Positions 18,730 through 27,665 of a DNA stretch of 64,000 nucleotides are shown one piece after another. The stretch covers positions 115,979 to 179,978 of the forward strand of contig JBAZWG010000001.1 of NCBI GenBank assembly GCA_041660505.1, read 5' to 3'. Made by a program: the position numbers and the translations under genes. Below the pieces are notes generated by a model that saw only the letters and a program-made list of their open reading frames with translations, ran no database searches and was not told the DNA's origin. Source of the DNA: Minisyncoccota bacterium. Lineage in GTDB: Bacteria > Patescibacteriota > Minisyncoccia > Phycocordibacterales > JACRKE01. Positions within the stretch are counted from its first letter, which is position 1. Every line of letters begins with the position of its first letter.

Positions 18730-19347
18730 CTAGCGCAGCATGCCAATTGTAAGAGCAAGTGCTCGTGGGTTGAGCGGGGGGAACGAAGCTACGGAGTCTT
18801 TGGTTCGTTTCTGGAAACGGGCGGTCTCTTTGCCATTTTCACCTTCCTCTTTCTTGAGCTTGCCCATTTCAAGCATAGAGCGGAAGGCCCAGTATTTCGC
18901 CCAGTCGGGGTACTGTGCATCAGACGAGGAAAGGTAGTCGATCCACTTGTTGAGGCTGTGTGTTTGGTTGTTGACGATCTGTTCCGTCTTCTGCTTTTTA
19001 AACTCTTCCGTAATCTCGACATCTCCGTGCCCTAAGTCTCGAGCAATACGTTGTTCTAGCAGAAAAGCTTCTTCGGGAACTTCTTCGGGCTTGATGACGA
19101 ATTTGTCGTTGAGGACGCGCTTCAAGGCCTCGATACCGCGCTCTTTGCCTTCGGGTTCTTCACGATTTAGAATTTCATTGAAACGGTCAAGGTAGTTTTG
19201 AATGCGTTTAAGGGGCTTTTGTGAGACTTTTTCACCCGTTCGTATTTCTGTGCGCTTGGCAGCAGAAGCCACCTCTCCGCTGCTGTGGAGAGCGCTATAT
19301 TTTTCTTTGAGAAAGGCTGGGTTTTCTTCGGTAGGGAATTTTTCCAT
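18730..19347 (-). CDS. Hypothetical protein. This is the N-terminal part of the same frame, ending at an in-frame TAG at 18730-18732
   Basis: Same reading frame as 17428..18591 (both lower bounds give the same remainder modulo 3). Possibly a pseudogene, a read-through gene, or a sequencing error. Confidence 0.45.
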   Translation of the reverse strand: MEKFPTEENPAFLKEKYSALHSSGEVASAAKRTEIRTGEKVSQKPLKRIQNYLDRFNEILNREEPEGKERGIEALKRVLNDKFVIKPEEVPEEAFLLEQRIARDLGHGDVEITEEFKKQKTEQIVNNQTHSLNKWIDYLSSSDAQYPDWAKYWAFRSMLEMGKLKKEEGENGKETARFQKRTKDSVASFPPLNPRALALTIGMLR

Positions 19348-19392
19348 GAGAAGAGTATATCAAACGCCAAAATTGACGCAAATTTATCTATC

Positions 19393-19416
19393 GGAGTAAG
19401 GCGAAACCTTACCCCG
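19393..19416. repeat. REP family A copy at the 3' flank of the RAYT gene
   Basis: GGAGTAAGGCGAAACCTTACCCCG, with the loop in opposite orientation. Confidence 0.7.
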
Positions 19417-20089
19417 AATATGGATATTTTGGCTTTTTCTCTTTTTCGCCTATTAGCATTGTGGCGACTTCGCTGAAGTCTCCCTGCTCTATAAGCCATT
19501 TAAAATAGTTATTTGGAATCTTGGTATAATCTTTCAGAACCTCCGGATTTAGGATCTTATTTTTTACAAACTTATTGTCGTACGCTTTAGCACTTGAGTA
19601 TTGATACGTTTGTAGCACAGACTCTCTTGGTAAGAAATTCTTCATCTCACAGGGATTTAGGTGGATGTAATCTATAATTTTCAGCAAGTATTCTTCATCG
19701 GTTATCAGCTTACTTTTAAATACTCCTTGAAAAAGTGCGCCGCTCCGCCCATACTTTTCGTTAAAATACATTGTGTAGGCAGTGCCGAGCCGTTGCATAA
19801 ACTTACTGATACCTCCCTCATAAATTTCGTGGAGGAGTAAATGAAAATGATTCGGCATAAGGCAGTATGCCATTACCGCAACAAGTGGTTTATGGTCAAT
19901 ATCTTTTTCTGCTTCTTCTCCTTGCGATTTTATCAGACGACTTGGACTTTCCACTTCACGATCATTGAGCAAATACAGATACTTTAAAAACAACTTGCGG
20001 TCAGCATTGGACAGAAAAATATCGCGCTTCTCGGTTCCGCGATTATAAACATGGTGAAAAGATTCTAATTCAATAGGTACACGCTCCAT
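19409..20089 (-). CDS. IS200/IS605-family Y1 (HUH) transposase of the REP-associated tyrosine transposase (RAYT) type
   Basis: FHHVYNRGTEKRDIF, CLMPNHFHLLL (HUH) and YIHLNPCE (catalytic Tyr region) motifs. Flanked at 19393-19416 and 20108-20137 by the GGGGTAAGG-TTTCG-CCTTACCCC hairpin repeat. Confidence 0.75.
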   Translation of the reverse strand: MERVPIELESFHHVYNRGTEKRDIFLSNADRKLFLKYLYLLNDREVESPSRLIKSQGEEAEKDIDHKPLVAVMAYCLMPNHFHLLLHEIYEGGISKFMQRLGTAYTMYFNEKYGRSGALFQGVFKSKLITDEEYLLKIIDYIHLNPCEMKNFLPRESVLQTYQYSSAKAYDNKFVKNKILNPEVLKDYTKIPNNYFKWLIEQGDFSEVATMLIGEKEKKPKYPYSG

Positions 20090-20107
20090 TTCCCCATTAT
20101 ACCCTTA

Positions 20108-20137
20108 TTCGGGGTAAGGTTTCGCCTTACTCTGGGG
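20108..20137. repeat. REP family A copy at the 5' flank of the RAYT gene
   Basis: TTCGGGGTAAGGTTTCGCCTTACTCTGGGG. Confidence 0.7.
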
Positions 20138-20142
20138 ATAAG

Positions 20143-21936
20143 TTAGACTGTTTGGGTGCGGGTTGCTTTGATTCTTTCGTTCTCGGTCAGGTACTGCTTG
20201 CGTAGGCGAACACTTGTGGGGGTGATTTCTAAATATTCGTCTTCATTCATTACTTCGAGTCCGCGTTCAATGGTGAGCAAATATGGTGGGACGAGGTCGA
20301 TTGCTTCATCGGATGACTTGGACCGCATGTTGGTCAGCTGTTTACCCTTGGTCGGGTTGACGGCCATCTCCTCGCCTTTCGACGTATTGCCGATCACCAT
20401 GCCTTCATACACCTCTGTCCCCGCTCCTATATACAGAGCACCGCGATCCTGCAAGTTCCAAAGGGCGAAGCCGAGGGCCTTGCCGGACTCCATCGAGATC
20501 ATTGAGCCAACGGGCTTCTTGCGGATCTCACCGGCGTAGGGCTTAAAGCCAATAACGCGCGAGGATAAAATCCCTTCGCCTTTGGTATCGACGATAAATT
20601 GAGAACGATAACCAAGCAAGCCGCGGGTGGGACCTTCGAAAATAATGCGGGTCAACTCGCCAACTTGTTTGAGCTCGCTCATTACAAATGCGCGCGAACC
20701 CAAGCGCTCGATTATGACGCCTTGGAATTCTGCCGGTGTGTCAACAATGACCTCCTCGAATGGTTCATGTTTATTGCCGTCGACATTATGGAAGATAACT
20801 TGTGGTTGAGAAACTTGCAGCTCATAGCCTTCACGGCGCATGTTCTCGAGCAATATGGAAATATGCATTTCTCCTCGGCCGGAAACTTGGAATCTTTCCG
20901 CTTCTGTAAAGTCTACGCGGAGCCCCACGTTGACCTCGAGTTCGCGTTCAAGCCTCTCACGAATCTGACGCGTCGTCACGAACTTGCCTTCTCTGCCGGC
21001 AAAAGGGCTTGAGTTCGGCATGAAGTTAAGCGTGATGGTCGGCTCGTCTACCGATATTGCCTTGAGCGGTTCGGCTGAGGCATCAGAGGTAACCGTCTCG
21101 CCGATGTCGATATCCGCCAAGCCGGCAATCATCACGATGTCTCCGGCCTCGGCTTCTGTTGCTTCTACTTTCTGCATTCCCTTGAAGGTGAAGATTTTAG
21201 TTAGCTTTCCACTGCGCGTATCGCCGTTTGGCTTGCGGACGAAGACGTTCTGCCCGGCCTTGATAATACCCTCATAGACACGGCCGACGGCCATGCGACC
21301 GAGGAAGTTGTCGTAAGCGAGATTGAACGACTGGAAGCGAAGAGGTACATCATGCTTGGCATTCGAGGCCGGCGGTACGTAAGCGAGAATAGTATCAAGA
21401 AGCGGTGTCAGATCACTCGACTCGTCGGTCAATTTTTTCTTCGCCACGCCGGCGCGGCCGTTGGCATAAACGACGGGGAAGTTTATTTGCGCGTCGTCGG
21501 CACCAAGCTCCATGAAGAGTTCGAGGACTTGTTCCTCGCACCGCGCCGGATCAGCGGCAGGCTTGTCTATTTTATTGATGACGACAATCGGCTCAAGGCC
21601 AAGCTCGAGCGATTTCTTTAGTACGAATCTGGTTTGTGGCATTGGCCCTTCCTGCGCGTCAACGATAAGTAATACCGAATCGATGGCAGAGAGCACGCGC
21701 TCCACCTCGGAGCCGAAGTCAGCATGGCCCGGTGTGTCTACTATATTAATCTTAGTATCTTTGTAATATATCGCAGCGTTTTTGGAATATATAGTAATAC
21801 CGCGCTCTTGCTCGAGAGCATTGGTGTCCATCGTAACCCCCTCGCCACCCACGCCTGTCTGCTTCAAAAGAGCGTCGGTCAAGGTGGTCTTGCCGTGGTC
21901 CACGTGTGCGATAATTGCGATATTGCGGATTTCCAT
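20143..21936 (-). CDS. typA: Translational GTPase BipA/TypA. Start placed at the internal Met ([19 protein letters not shown])
   Basis: G1 [22 protein letters not shown] and EF-G-like domains, with BipA-type C-terminus. The upstream 32 codons of the ORF look like non-coding read-through. Confidence 0.9.
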   Translation of the reverse strand: MEIRNIAIIAHVDHGKTTLTDALLKQTGVGGEGVTMDTNALEQERGITIYSKNAAIYYKDTKINIVDTPGHADFGSEVERVLSAIDSVLLIVDAQEGPMPQTRFVLKKSLELGLEPIVVINKIDKPAADPARCEEQVLELFMELGADDAQINFPVVYANGRAGVAKKKLTDESSDLTPLLDTILAYVPPASNAKHDVPLRFQSFNLAYDNFLGRMAVGRVYEGIIKAGQNVFVRKPNGDTRSGKLTKIFTFKGMQKVEATEAEAGDIVMIAGLADIDIGETVTSDASAEPLKAISVDEPTITLNFMPNSSPFAGREGKFVTTRQIRERLERELEVNVGLRVDFTEAERFQVSGRGEMHISILLENMRREGYELQVSQPQVIFHNVDGNKHEPFEEVIVDTPAEFQGVIIERLGSRAFVMSELKQVGELTRIIFEGPTRGLLGYRSQFIVDTKGEGILSSRVIGFKPYAGEIRKKPVGSMISMESGKALGFALWNLQDRGALYIGAGTEVYEGMVIGNTSKGEEMAVNPTKGKQLTNMRSKSSDEAIDLVPPYLLTIERGLEVMNEDEYLEITPTSVRLRKQYLTENERIKATRTQTV

Positions 21937-22018
21937 AAAGAAACTATAATAACACAAAATCACGTCCATTGGAAGTGATTTTGTGTTTATCTTAAATTCT
22001 CTAATTCTGCAATTCTGC

Positions 22019-22276
22019 CTATTTGCACCCACCCGCTCCTACCGTATTACAGACGACGTTCAGTATCCCGAAGACGGAAATCATTATAGCCAAGCCGATG
22101 ACGCCATAAAGCATGTGCTGTCTGCCCTTGCTCCGCTCTGCCTCGTTATCAACATGATAGATGAACTCCGCAACACCCCAGATAAAGTAAGCAAGCGCAG
22201 CCGCTCCCAAGAGACCAATGATTGGATTAAGTATCGCGGACTCTATCTTACCGATAAGGGCTACGGCGGCGTTCAT
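22019..22276 (-). CDS. Small two-TM hairpin membrane protein, divergent member of the pilin-like paralog array
   Basis: TM1, short charged loop (HVDNEAERSKGRQHM) and TM2. Same architecture as its neighbours. Confidence 0.4.
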   Translation of the reverse strand: MNAAVALIGKIESAILNPIIGLLGAAALAYFIWGVAEFIYHVDNEAERSKGRQHMLYGVIGLAIMISVFGILNVVCNTVGAGGCK

Positions 22277-22295
22277 GTATTAAGCGCTAGCCAGT

Positions 22296-22667
22296 TTACT
22301 GAACAGATTGTACAACTCCGGGAGCCGGAAGAACCTGAACACGCTGTATTCCCAAAGTATCCTGCAAGAAGTAAACAAGCCCCCAGACCGAGGCAATAAC
22401 GAACATGGCGATAGTGCCATAAATCATGCGCGCGCGACCCTCTTCTTTCTTACCCGTGTCACCTGACTCCAAAATGTACTCTGCCAAGCCGTAGATGAAA
22501 TAGATAAGCGCCAGAGCAACCATAATAGGCACAATGGCGTTGAATACCTTCTGCAAGGTAACCATAAAGCCCAAAATATTCGACGGGTTACCACTCACCT
22601 GTGCTCCAGCAATGAACGGCGCGAACGCCATCATCCCGAGAACCGCTGCTTTTATGTTTCGTGACAT
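22296..22667 (-). CDS. TrbC/VirB2-pilin-like small membrane protein, paralog 1
   Basis: Signal peptide, then conserved core LALIYFIYGLAEYIL-SG-GKKEEGR-RMI-GTIAMFV--SVWGLV. Confidence 0.5.
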   Translation of the reverse strand: MSRNIKAAVLGMMAFAPFIAGAQVSGNPSNILGFMVTLQKVFNAIVPIMVALALIYFIYGLAEYILESGDTGKKEEGRARMIYGTIAMFVIASVWGLVYFLQDTLGIQRVQVLPAPGVVQSVQ

Positions 22668-22776
22668 ATACTAATATTAATTAATTCTAAATAATTTTCG
22701 ACTTAATAAATTTTCTTGATAAACTTTATAATGTGTATATTGTACCGTGCCTATCGCAACCTGTACAGTGGAAAGC

Positions 22777-23130
22777 TTATCGATTGGCTGGGAGTAGTGG
22801 CGCGTTTATAGTACTTTTGTCTCCTACGCCTGTCGTCGTTTGTATAAACGCCACTAATCCCCACACCGACACTAGCACGAACATCGCGATAGTACCCCAG
22901 ATCATTCTGGTTCGACCTTCTTCTTTCTTGCCTGATTCACCGGATATTAAGATGTATTCCGCTAAGCCGTAGATAAAGTAGATGAGCGCGAGGCCAACGA
23001 AGATAGGCACGAGTGCGTTCATGGCAGACTTAACAGTACCGAGGAAACCGAGCAAGTCAGCGGCGAATGCCACCATTGGTAATGTAGTAATCACCCCCAC
23101 TATCCCGATTTTTGTTTTTATATGCTTCAT
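22777..23130 (-). CDS. TrbC/VirB2-pilin-like small membrane protein, paralog 2
   Basis: Same conserved core (GLALIYFIYGLAEYILISGESGKKEEGRTRMIWGTIAMFVLVSVWGLVAF), with variable N- and C-termini. Confidence 0.5.
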   Translation of the reverse strand: MKHIKTKIGIVGVITTLPMVAFAADLLGFLGTVKSAMNALVPIFVGLALIYFIYGLAEYILISGESGKKEEGRTRMIWGTIAMFVLVSVWGLVAFIQTTTGVGDKSTINAPLLPANR

Positions 23131-23159
23131 GTTAAATAACTCATTATAATTAATTTTGA

Positions 23160-23555
23160 TTAAATCGTTGGAAGCCCCGGCGAGACCACCTGCACATTAG
23201 CATCAATGCCGACAGTCTTTTGTAAAAACGCCACCAATCCCCACACCGACACTAGCACGAACATCGCTATCGTGCCCCAGATCATACGCGTCCTGCCTTC
23301 TTCTTTCTTGCCCGACTCACCGGAGATTAATATGTATTCTGCCAGGCCGTAGATAAAATAAATCAAAGCCAGACCGACCATAATTGGGACCAACAGATTC
23401 ATTACACTTTTAACCGTTTGCAAAAAACTAAATGCGCTTCCTCCTCCGTTCCCTACCCGCCCGCCCACAGCTGCGTCTGCTTGCGCATATATCGTCGTCG
23501 GGATTAATAATAATACAGGAACAGCTAACCGCAATAAATTCTTTGTTCTATTCAC
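23160..23555 (-). CDS. TrbC/VirB2-pilin-like small membrane protein, paralog 3
   Basis: Core identical to paralog 2 at protein level and near-identical at nucleotide level. Distinct N- and C-termini. Confidence 0.5.
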   Translation of the reverse strand: MNRTKNLLRLAVPVLLLIPTTIYAQADAAVGGRVGNGGGSAFSFLQTVKSVMNLLVPIMVGLALIYFIYGLAEYILISGESGKKEEGRTRMIWGTIAMFVLVSVWGLVAFLQKTVGIDANVQVVSPGLPTI

Positions 23556-23573
23556 GATTATTTTTAATTTCTA

Positions 23574-23867
23574 TTACTTATTAAATTGAGGTGCGGGAGG
23601 AGCATTTAACGAGGAACTTTGTGTATTTCCCCAGACCGTTGCTTGCAGAAGATTCACCAGCCCCCAGACAGAAATTATCACGAACATGGCTATCGTACCC
23701 CAGACCATGCGCATTCTGCCTTCTTCTTTTTTAGATGCCTCGCCGGAGACCAGAATATATTCTGCAAGTCCATAGATAAAGTAGATGAGTGCGAGGCCAA
23801 CGCAGAGCGGGACGATTATACTGAAAATACCGCGAATGTTGTTTAAGATAGATTTTACGTCGGTCAT
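23574..23867 (-). CDS. TrbC/VirB2-pilin-like small membrane protein, paralog 4
   Basis: Core GLALIYFIYGLAEYILVSGEASKKEEGRMRMVWGTIAMFVIISVWGLV. Confidence 0.5.
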   Translation of the reverse strand: MTDVKSILNNIRGIFSIIVPLCVGLALIYFIYGLAEYILVSGEASKKEEGRMRMVWGTIAMFVIISVWGLVNLLQATVWGNTQSSSLNAPPAPQFNK

Positions 23868-23872
23868 TATTT

Positions 23873-24208
23873 TTATTTTAATTTATCGACAGTGGCCTTT
23901 AGTGCCTCGCTTATAACCTTGGCACCGAGCACGACACCGGCGCCGATGACCGTCCAGAGGAAGGCGTTATTCGCCGTCTTAATCTCCTCCGGCTTGCCCT
24001 GCGCCTTTACGAACATGAAGCCGACCCAGATGATAGCCATCACCAAGACCGGCACGCCGATATCAATAACGACTTGGAGAATATCTTTAAGCAGTGTCTG
24101 AATGTCTGGCGCACTGATAGGATTGCTAAGTGGTGCTGAAGCCGCAGTTACCAACGCGATCGGCATGAAGGCAAGAGAAATCGCGATTAATTTTTTTAGT
24201 GTTCTCAT
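23873..24208 (-). CDS. TrbC/VirB2-pilin-like small membrane protein, subfamily 2 member a
   Basis: Signal peptide, TM1, loop VKAQGKPEEIKTANNAF, then TM2 WTVIGAGVVLGAKV. Confidence 0.5.
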   Translation of the reverse strand: MRTLKKLIAISLAFMPIALVTAASAPLSNPISAPDIQTLLKDILQVVIDIGVPVLVMAIIWVGFMFVKAQGKPEEIKTANNAFLWTVIGAGVVLGAKVISEALKATVDKLK

Positions 24209-24265
24209 TATTTTAAATTCTATAATTCTTCAATTCCTTAATTCTGTTCGTGTTATATTGTACAC

Positions 24266-24688
24266 CTACTGGCCCAAAAAGTTAATCTTCGCGCCGAGTC
24301 CTTTAAGAATAGCATTGACGATAAGCCATGCGCCAAGAGCGATTATCATCCCGATAACGACGTAATAAAAAATATTATGCGCTTCTGTAATCTTAGACGG
24401 ATTCCCCTGCGCGGTTACGTACTTAAATCCCGCGAACATTATGGCAATAACCGCAACAGGAGCGAGAATCTTTAATATCAAAAAATTCCAAATGTTGCTG
24501 ATGAGAGTATACAACTGCTGGAAGTCGCATTCGTTTGGATCACCGCCTTTACCGCATGGCACAAGATTTGTGGCGGCACCCGGCTCAGGCTGTACGCCTC
24601 CTAATCCTTCTGCGAAGACAGTTGCGCTTGCACCGAACATAAGCAACAGGAAAGATATGACTATAAACTTTTTACTGTGATGTAGCAT
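24266..24688 (-). CDS. TrbC/VirB2-pilin-like small membrane protein, subfamily 2 member b
   Basis: Paralog of 23873..24208 (AIMFAGFKYVTAQGNPSKITEAHNIFYYVVIGMIIALGAWLIV). Longer N-terminus with a Cys pair. Confidence 0.5.
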   Translation of the reverse strand: MLHHSKKFIVISFLLLMFGASATVFAEGLGGVQPEPGAATNLVPCGKGGDPNECDFQQLYTLISNIWNFLILKILAPVAVIAIMFAGFKYVTAQGNPSKITEAHNIFYYVVIGMIIALGAWLIVNAILKGLGAKINFLGQ

Positions 24689-25958
24689 TTTTGGGCATTA
24701 GTCTTTGTAATTGGCCTGATATATACGTTGCTGCTTCGTTATCTTTAGACTGGCCAGAGAGCATACTTTCTAAAGCGTCTCTAAAGACTTTATCCGAGGC
24801 GGACGGGCTAGGGTCCAGCCAACCCTTAGAAATGAGCGCCGCACGATTAAAGATGGTTAAGACCGGATCAATAGTCCCCGCCGAGAGCAAATCGCGCCGT
24901 GCTGGCGCAAGGCGTGCGCCCACTGCAATACTCTGGAGCACGGCAGAGCCAGACAATATCGAGCCGGCCGTGAAGGCGTTCGTCTTCTTGGGGCTCGCTT
25001 GGAGTACTGCGAAGGCATAGAGCTTGCCGTAAACCGCCGGTGCGGTAGCAAGTGCACGTTGAGGCATCACGGCTACGTCGAAATTAAGGTGAGGATTCTT
25101 CTGTCGTATATCATCATACTCGCTCGCGTGGCCGAAGTAGACAGCAAGCTTGCCAGCCTCGAACATCTGCCTGGATGAATCAAGTGCGCTGTTCCACGTA
25201 TAAACCGTCTTGGACGGATCGGAGAACTGCGTATAGAACGAAAGGGCGCCGGGTGCGTTGTCACCGAGCCTGGCCTGGATACTCCCATCGTTCGTCCAGG
25301 TTGCGATAGTTTCTCCCGATTGCAAAAGTAATGTAGAAATAATATCTTTAGCATTCGTAATATTGGCATAACCGCCCAAGGCCACCGCAGACTGCGATAC
25401 GCCTCCGCGCGCATCCTTAACCGTGAGCGAAGGCACATACTTAATCAAATCATCCCAAGTCTTGGGGAATACCGCGATGCCGGCGCTTGAGAACATATCT
25501 TTGTTCCAATACGCGACCATCGGGTCTACCACGAGCGGTATACCCACTATCCCCTGGCCCGATATAAATACGGGCGCCTCATCAATGAACGTGTCATAAA
25601 TATAACGCGCTGGGTAACTCGATGTCGGTATGGCGTAAATTTTATCCTGATAGTGAGCGATAAGATCCTGCGAGAGCATTATCGCATCCGGCCCTTTGCC
25701 GGAAGCCAAAGCTTCTATAAGAGACTGGTCGAATTCCGACTCGCTGAATCCTTTATATTTAACTGTAAAGTTTATTGTCTTGTTAACCTGTAACTGGGCA
25801 AAAGTATTGGAAATCTGCGTCTCGGGTAATGTGCCCCAGATCTCGATACTGCCAATGCCTGTCGCCGCACGATTATCAAAGAGGCCGGAGAATGCAAGCA
25901 CCCCCGCAATACCCAGGAATCCGAATATGAAAAGTGAAATTATTTGAAATCGGGTCAT
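24672..25958 (-). CDS. Membrane-anchored extracellular solute-binding-like protein (putative)
   Basis: N-terminal TM anchor and a ~400-aa periplasmic-type alpha/beta domain. My recognition of this family is weak. Confidence 0.4.
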   Translation of the reverse strand: MTRFQIISLFIFGFLGIAGVLAFSGLFDNRAATGIGSIEIWGTLPETQISNTFAQLQVNKTINFTVKYKGFSESEFDQSLIEALASGKGPDAIMLSQDLIAHYQDKIYAIPTSSYPARYIYDTFIDEAPVFISGQGIVGIPLVVDPMVAYWNKDMFSSAGIAVFPKTWDDLIKYVPSLTVKDARGGVSQSAVALGGYANITNAKDIISTLLLQSGETIATWTNDGSIQARLGDNAPGALSFYTQFSDPSKTVYTWNSALDSSRQMFEAGKLAVYFGHASEYDDIRQKNPHLNFDVAVMPQRALATAPAVYGKLYAFAVLQASPKKTNAFTAGSILSGSAVLQSIAVGARLAPARRDLLSAGTIDPVLTIFNRAALISKGWLDPSPSASDKVFRDALESMLSGQSKDNEAATYISGQLQRLMPKNATSQ

Positions 25959-26497
25959 TATTCTGTTTTCTTAGCGATAAATCCGTAATGATGCGCACCG
26001 GCATGGAATGGGGGCATGACTCTGAAGCCCGCTTCTTCAAACATCTTGCGCGCGCTCGGCTCCGATATCACTTGAGCCTGCGTGGGCCCCAGATTTTTAA
26101 ACGAATCTGACCATTCTATATATAAGACCTTGCCGGCCGGCTTGAGCACACGATGAGCCTCGCGTATCATGGCACCGCGATTCTCGGACTGGAACAAAAC
26201 ATTAGATATCACTACTGCATCCATACTGCTATCTTTCAGTTTGGATCCGCCGCCGACATCCAAGTCGCCCCACACTACTTCTATCGTGCCAATGTGCTTC
26301 TCCTTGGCCTCTCGCTTGAGCTTCTCAAGCAAATCCTTCTGTACCTCTACGGCATACACATGCCCCGTACCGCCCACACGGCGTGCCGAGGCAAAGCTAT
26401 AGGCGCCAGCTCCGGCGCCGAAGTCTGCCACGCTCATCCCGGGATGGAGTTCCAAGTGCCCAATATTTTGTTCCGGATCTGCAAACGAGCCCAACAT
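25958..26497 (-). CDS. Class I SAM-dependent methyltransferase
   Basis: VADFGAGAGAYSF motif I and acidic motif II. 179 aa. Confidence 0.65.
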   Translation of the reverse strand: MLGSFADPEQNIGHLELHPGMSVADFGAGAGAYSFASARRVGGTGHVYAVEVQKDLLEKLKREAKEKHIGTIEVVWGDLDVGGGSKLKDSSMDAVVISNVLFQSENRGAMIREAHRVLKPAGKVLYIEWSDSFKNLGPTQAQVISEPSARKMFEEAGFRVMPPFHAGAHHYGFIAKKTE

Positions 26498-26746
26498 GCT
26501 TATATTCTATCGTAGAAGCGTTGTAATACAATGGGATAACTTGCTTGACATTATATACTCTATGTGCTATTATTAGACGTTTCGTTCTTTGAGAATCGTA
26601 TATAGAATCACTCAATATAAGTAGAAGAACTCGAAGTTCACCATTTGGGATTCGCGAATAATGCATAGTTCGCGGATCCTAGTTTGTGAACTTCGAGACA
26701 TTCCGTCTCATCAGAATTGACGCCGCACTGTGGCGATGGGAGAAAC

Positions 26747-27661
26747 ATGGGTATCTTTATCGTGGCAATCATCACCCTCATCATTGTAAACCTTCTAGTT
26801 AATGGCTGGGAGGTTGTCAATGAGCCAGAGGTTGCAATCAAACAGCGACTTGGAAAGTATGTGGGTACGGAAGCACGAGCAGGTTTTCATTTCTGTTTCC
26901 TACAAGGCCTTCTGACCACGCTCGTCCGATTCAAGGTTGAGAGGGTCGAGAAAACAATTGCTATCGAGGACGTTAAAACTCCTGATAACATTATCAGTGT
27001 TGTAGCGAGCAGCTACCGCTATAGCCCTGACCCAAGTAATGCCGCCAATTTCATTTTGAGCAAGATGCACACCGGTGTTGAAGAATCGTTCGAGAGGGCG
27101 ATTAAAACGAATGTACGCGAGCTGGCTCGAAGGCAAGGTGAAAAACCGGAAACATGGAAAGAGCTCATGGACTCAACCGAGATGATTTCACGCGAAGTCA
27201 TCAGGAAAATCTGCAACGGTGCTACCAATGAGGACATCGATGCGATCTACAACGATCGCGCGAACCACAAGGTGGCGCCTTGGGGGGTTATCGTCCACAA
27301 GATTGATGTCACAAGGGTAGTCTCCGACATTAAACAAACCGAAGCCGAATCTGATAAGGCGGCAGAGGAGCCTCAACAGCAAGGCCAGGTCAAGAACATG
27401 GAGACTATCATCCTGATGGCAGCCAAAATAAAGGAGAAGTTCCCAGGTCAGTCAGATGACTGGTGCTTCAGTCAGGCACGGTTTGTCCAGATGTCGATCG
27501 ACAAGGGCACGAAGGGTATGCCCCAGATACTTGACCCTGTCTGGGCATCGCTTGGCAACAACCTCATGTCTGTACTGATGGAGTTCGCAAGGTCTAGACA
27601 GAGTAGTAACCCTAAGATCATCTACTTGCCAACAGGTTCAAACACGGGAAAGGAGGAGTAG
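26747..27661 (+). CDS. SPFH/band-7 (stomatin/prohibitin-like) domain membrane protein
   Basis: N-terminal TM (MGIFIVAIITLIIVNLLV), then a VVNEPEVAIKQRLGKY...GFHF...YRY SPFH core. The C-terminal half is diverged. Start taken at the internal Met of ORF 26717..27661. Confidence 0.55.
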   Translation: MGIFIVAIITLIIVNLLVNGWEVVNEPEVAIKQRLGKYVGTEARAGFHFCFLQGLLTTLVRFKVERVEKTIAIEDVKTPDNIISVVASSYRYSPDPSNAANFILSKMHTGVEESFERAIKTNVRELARRQGEKPETWKELMDSTEMISREVIRKICNGATNEDIDAIYNDRANHKVAPWGVIVHKIDVTRVVSDIKQTEAESDKAAEEPQQQGQVKNMETIILMAAKIKEKFPGQSDDWCFSQARFVQMSIDKGTKGMPQILDPVWASLGNNLMSVLMEFARSRQSSNPKIIYLPTGSNTGKEE

Positions 27662-27665
27662 TGTT

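Noticed and set aside
15727-20137. Possibility that the short hairpin repeats form a CRISPR array
   Set aside because: Copies are irregularly spaced (hundreds to thousands of bp). They lie inside genes, have no uniform spacers and no cas genes nearby. They are flanked instead by a RAYT-type transposase.
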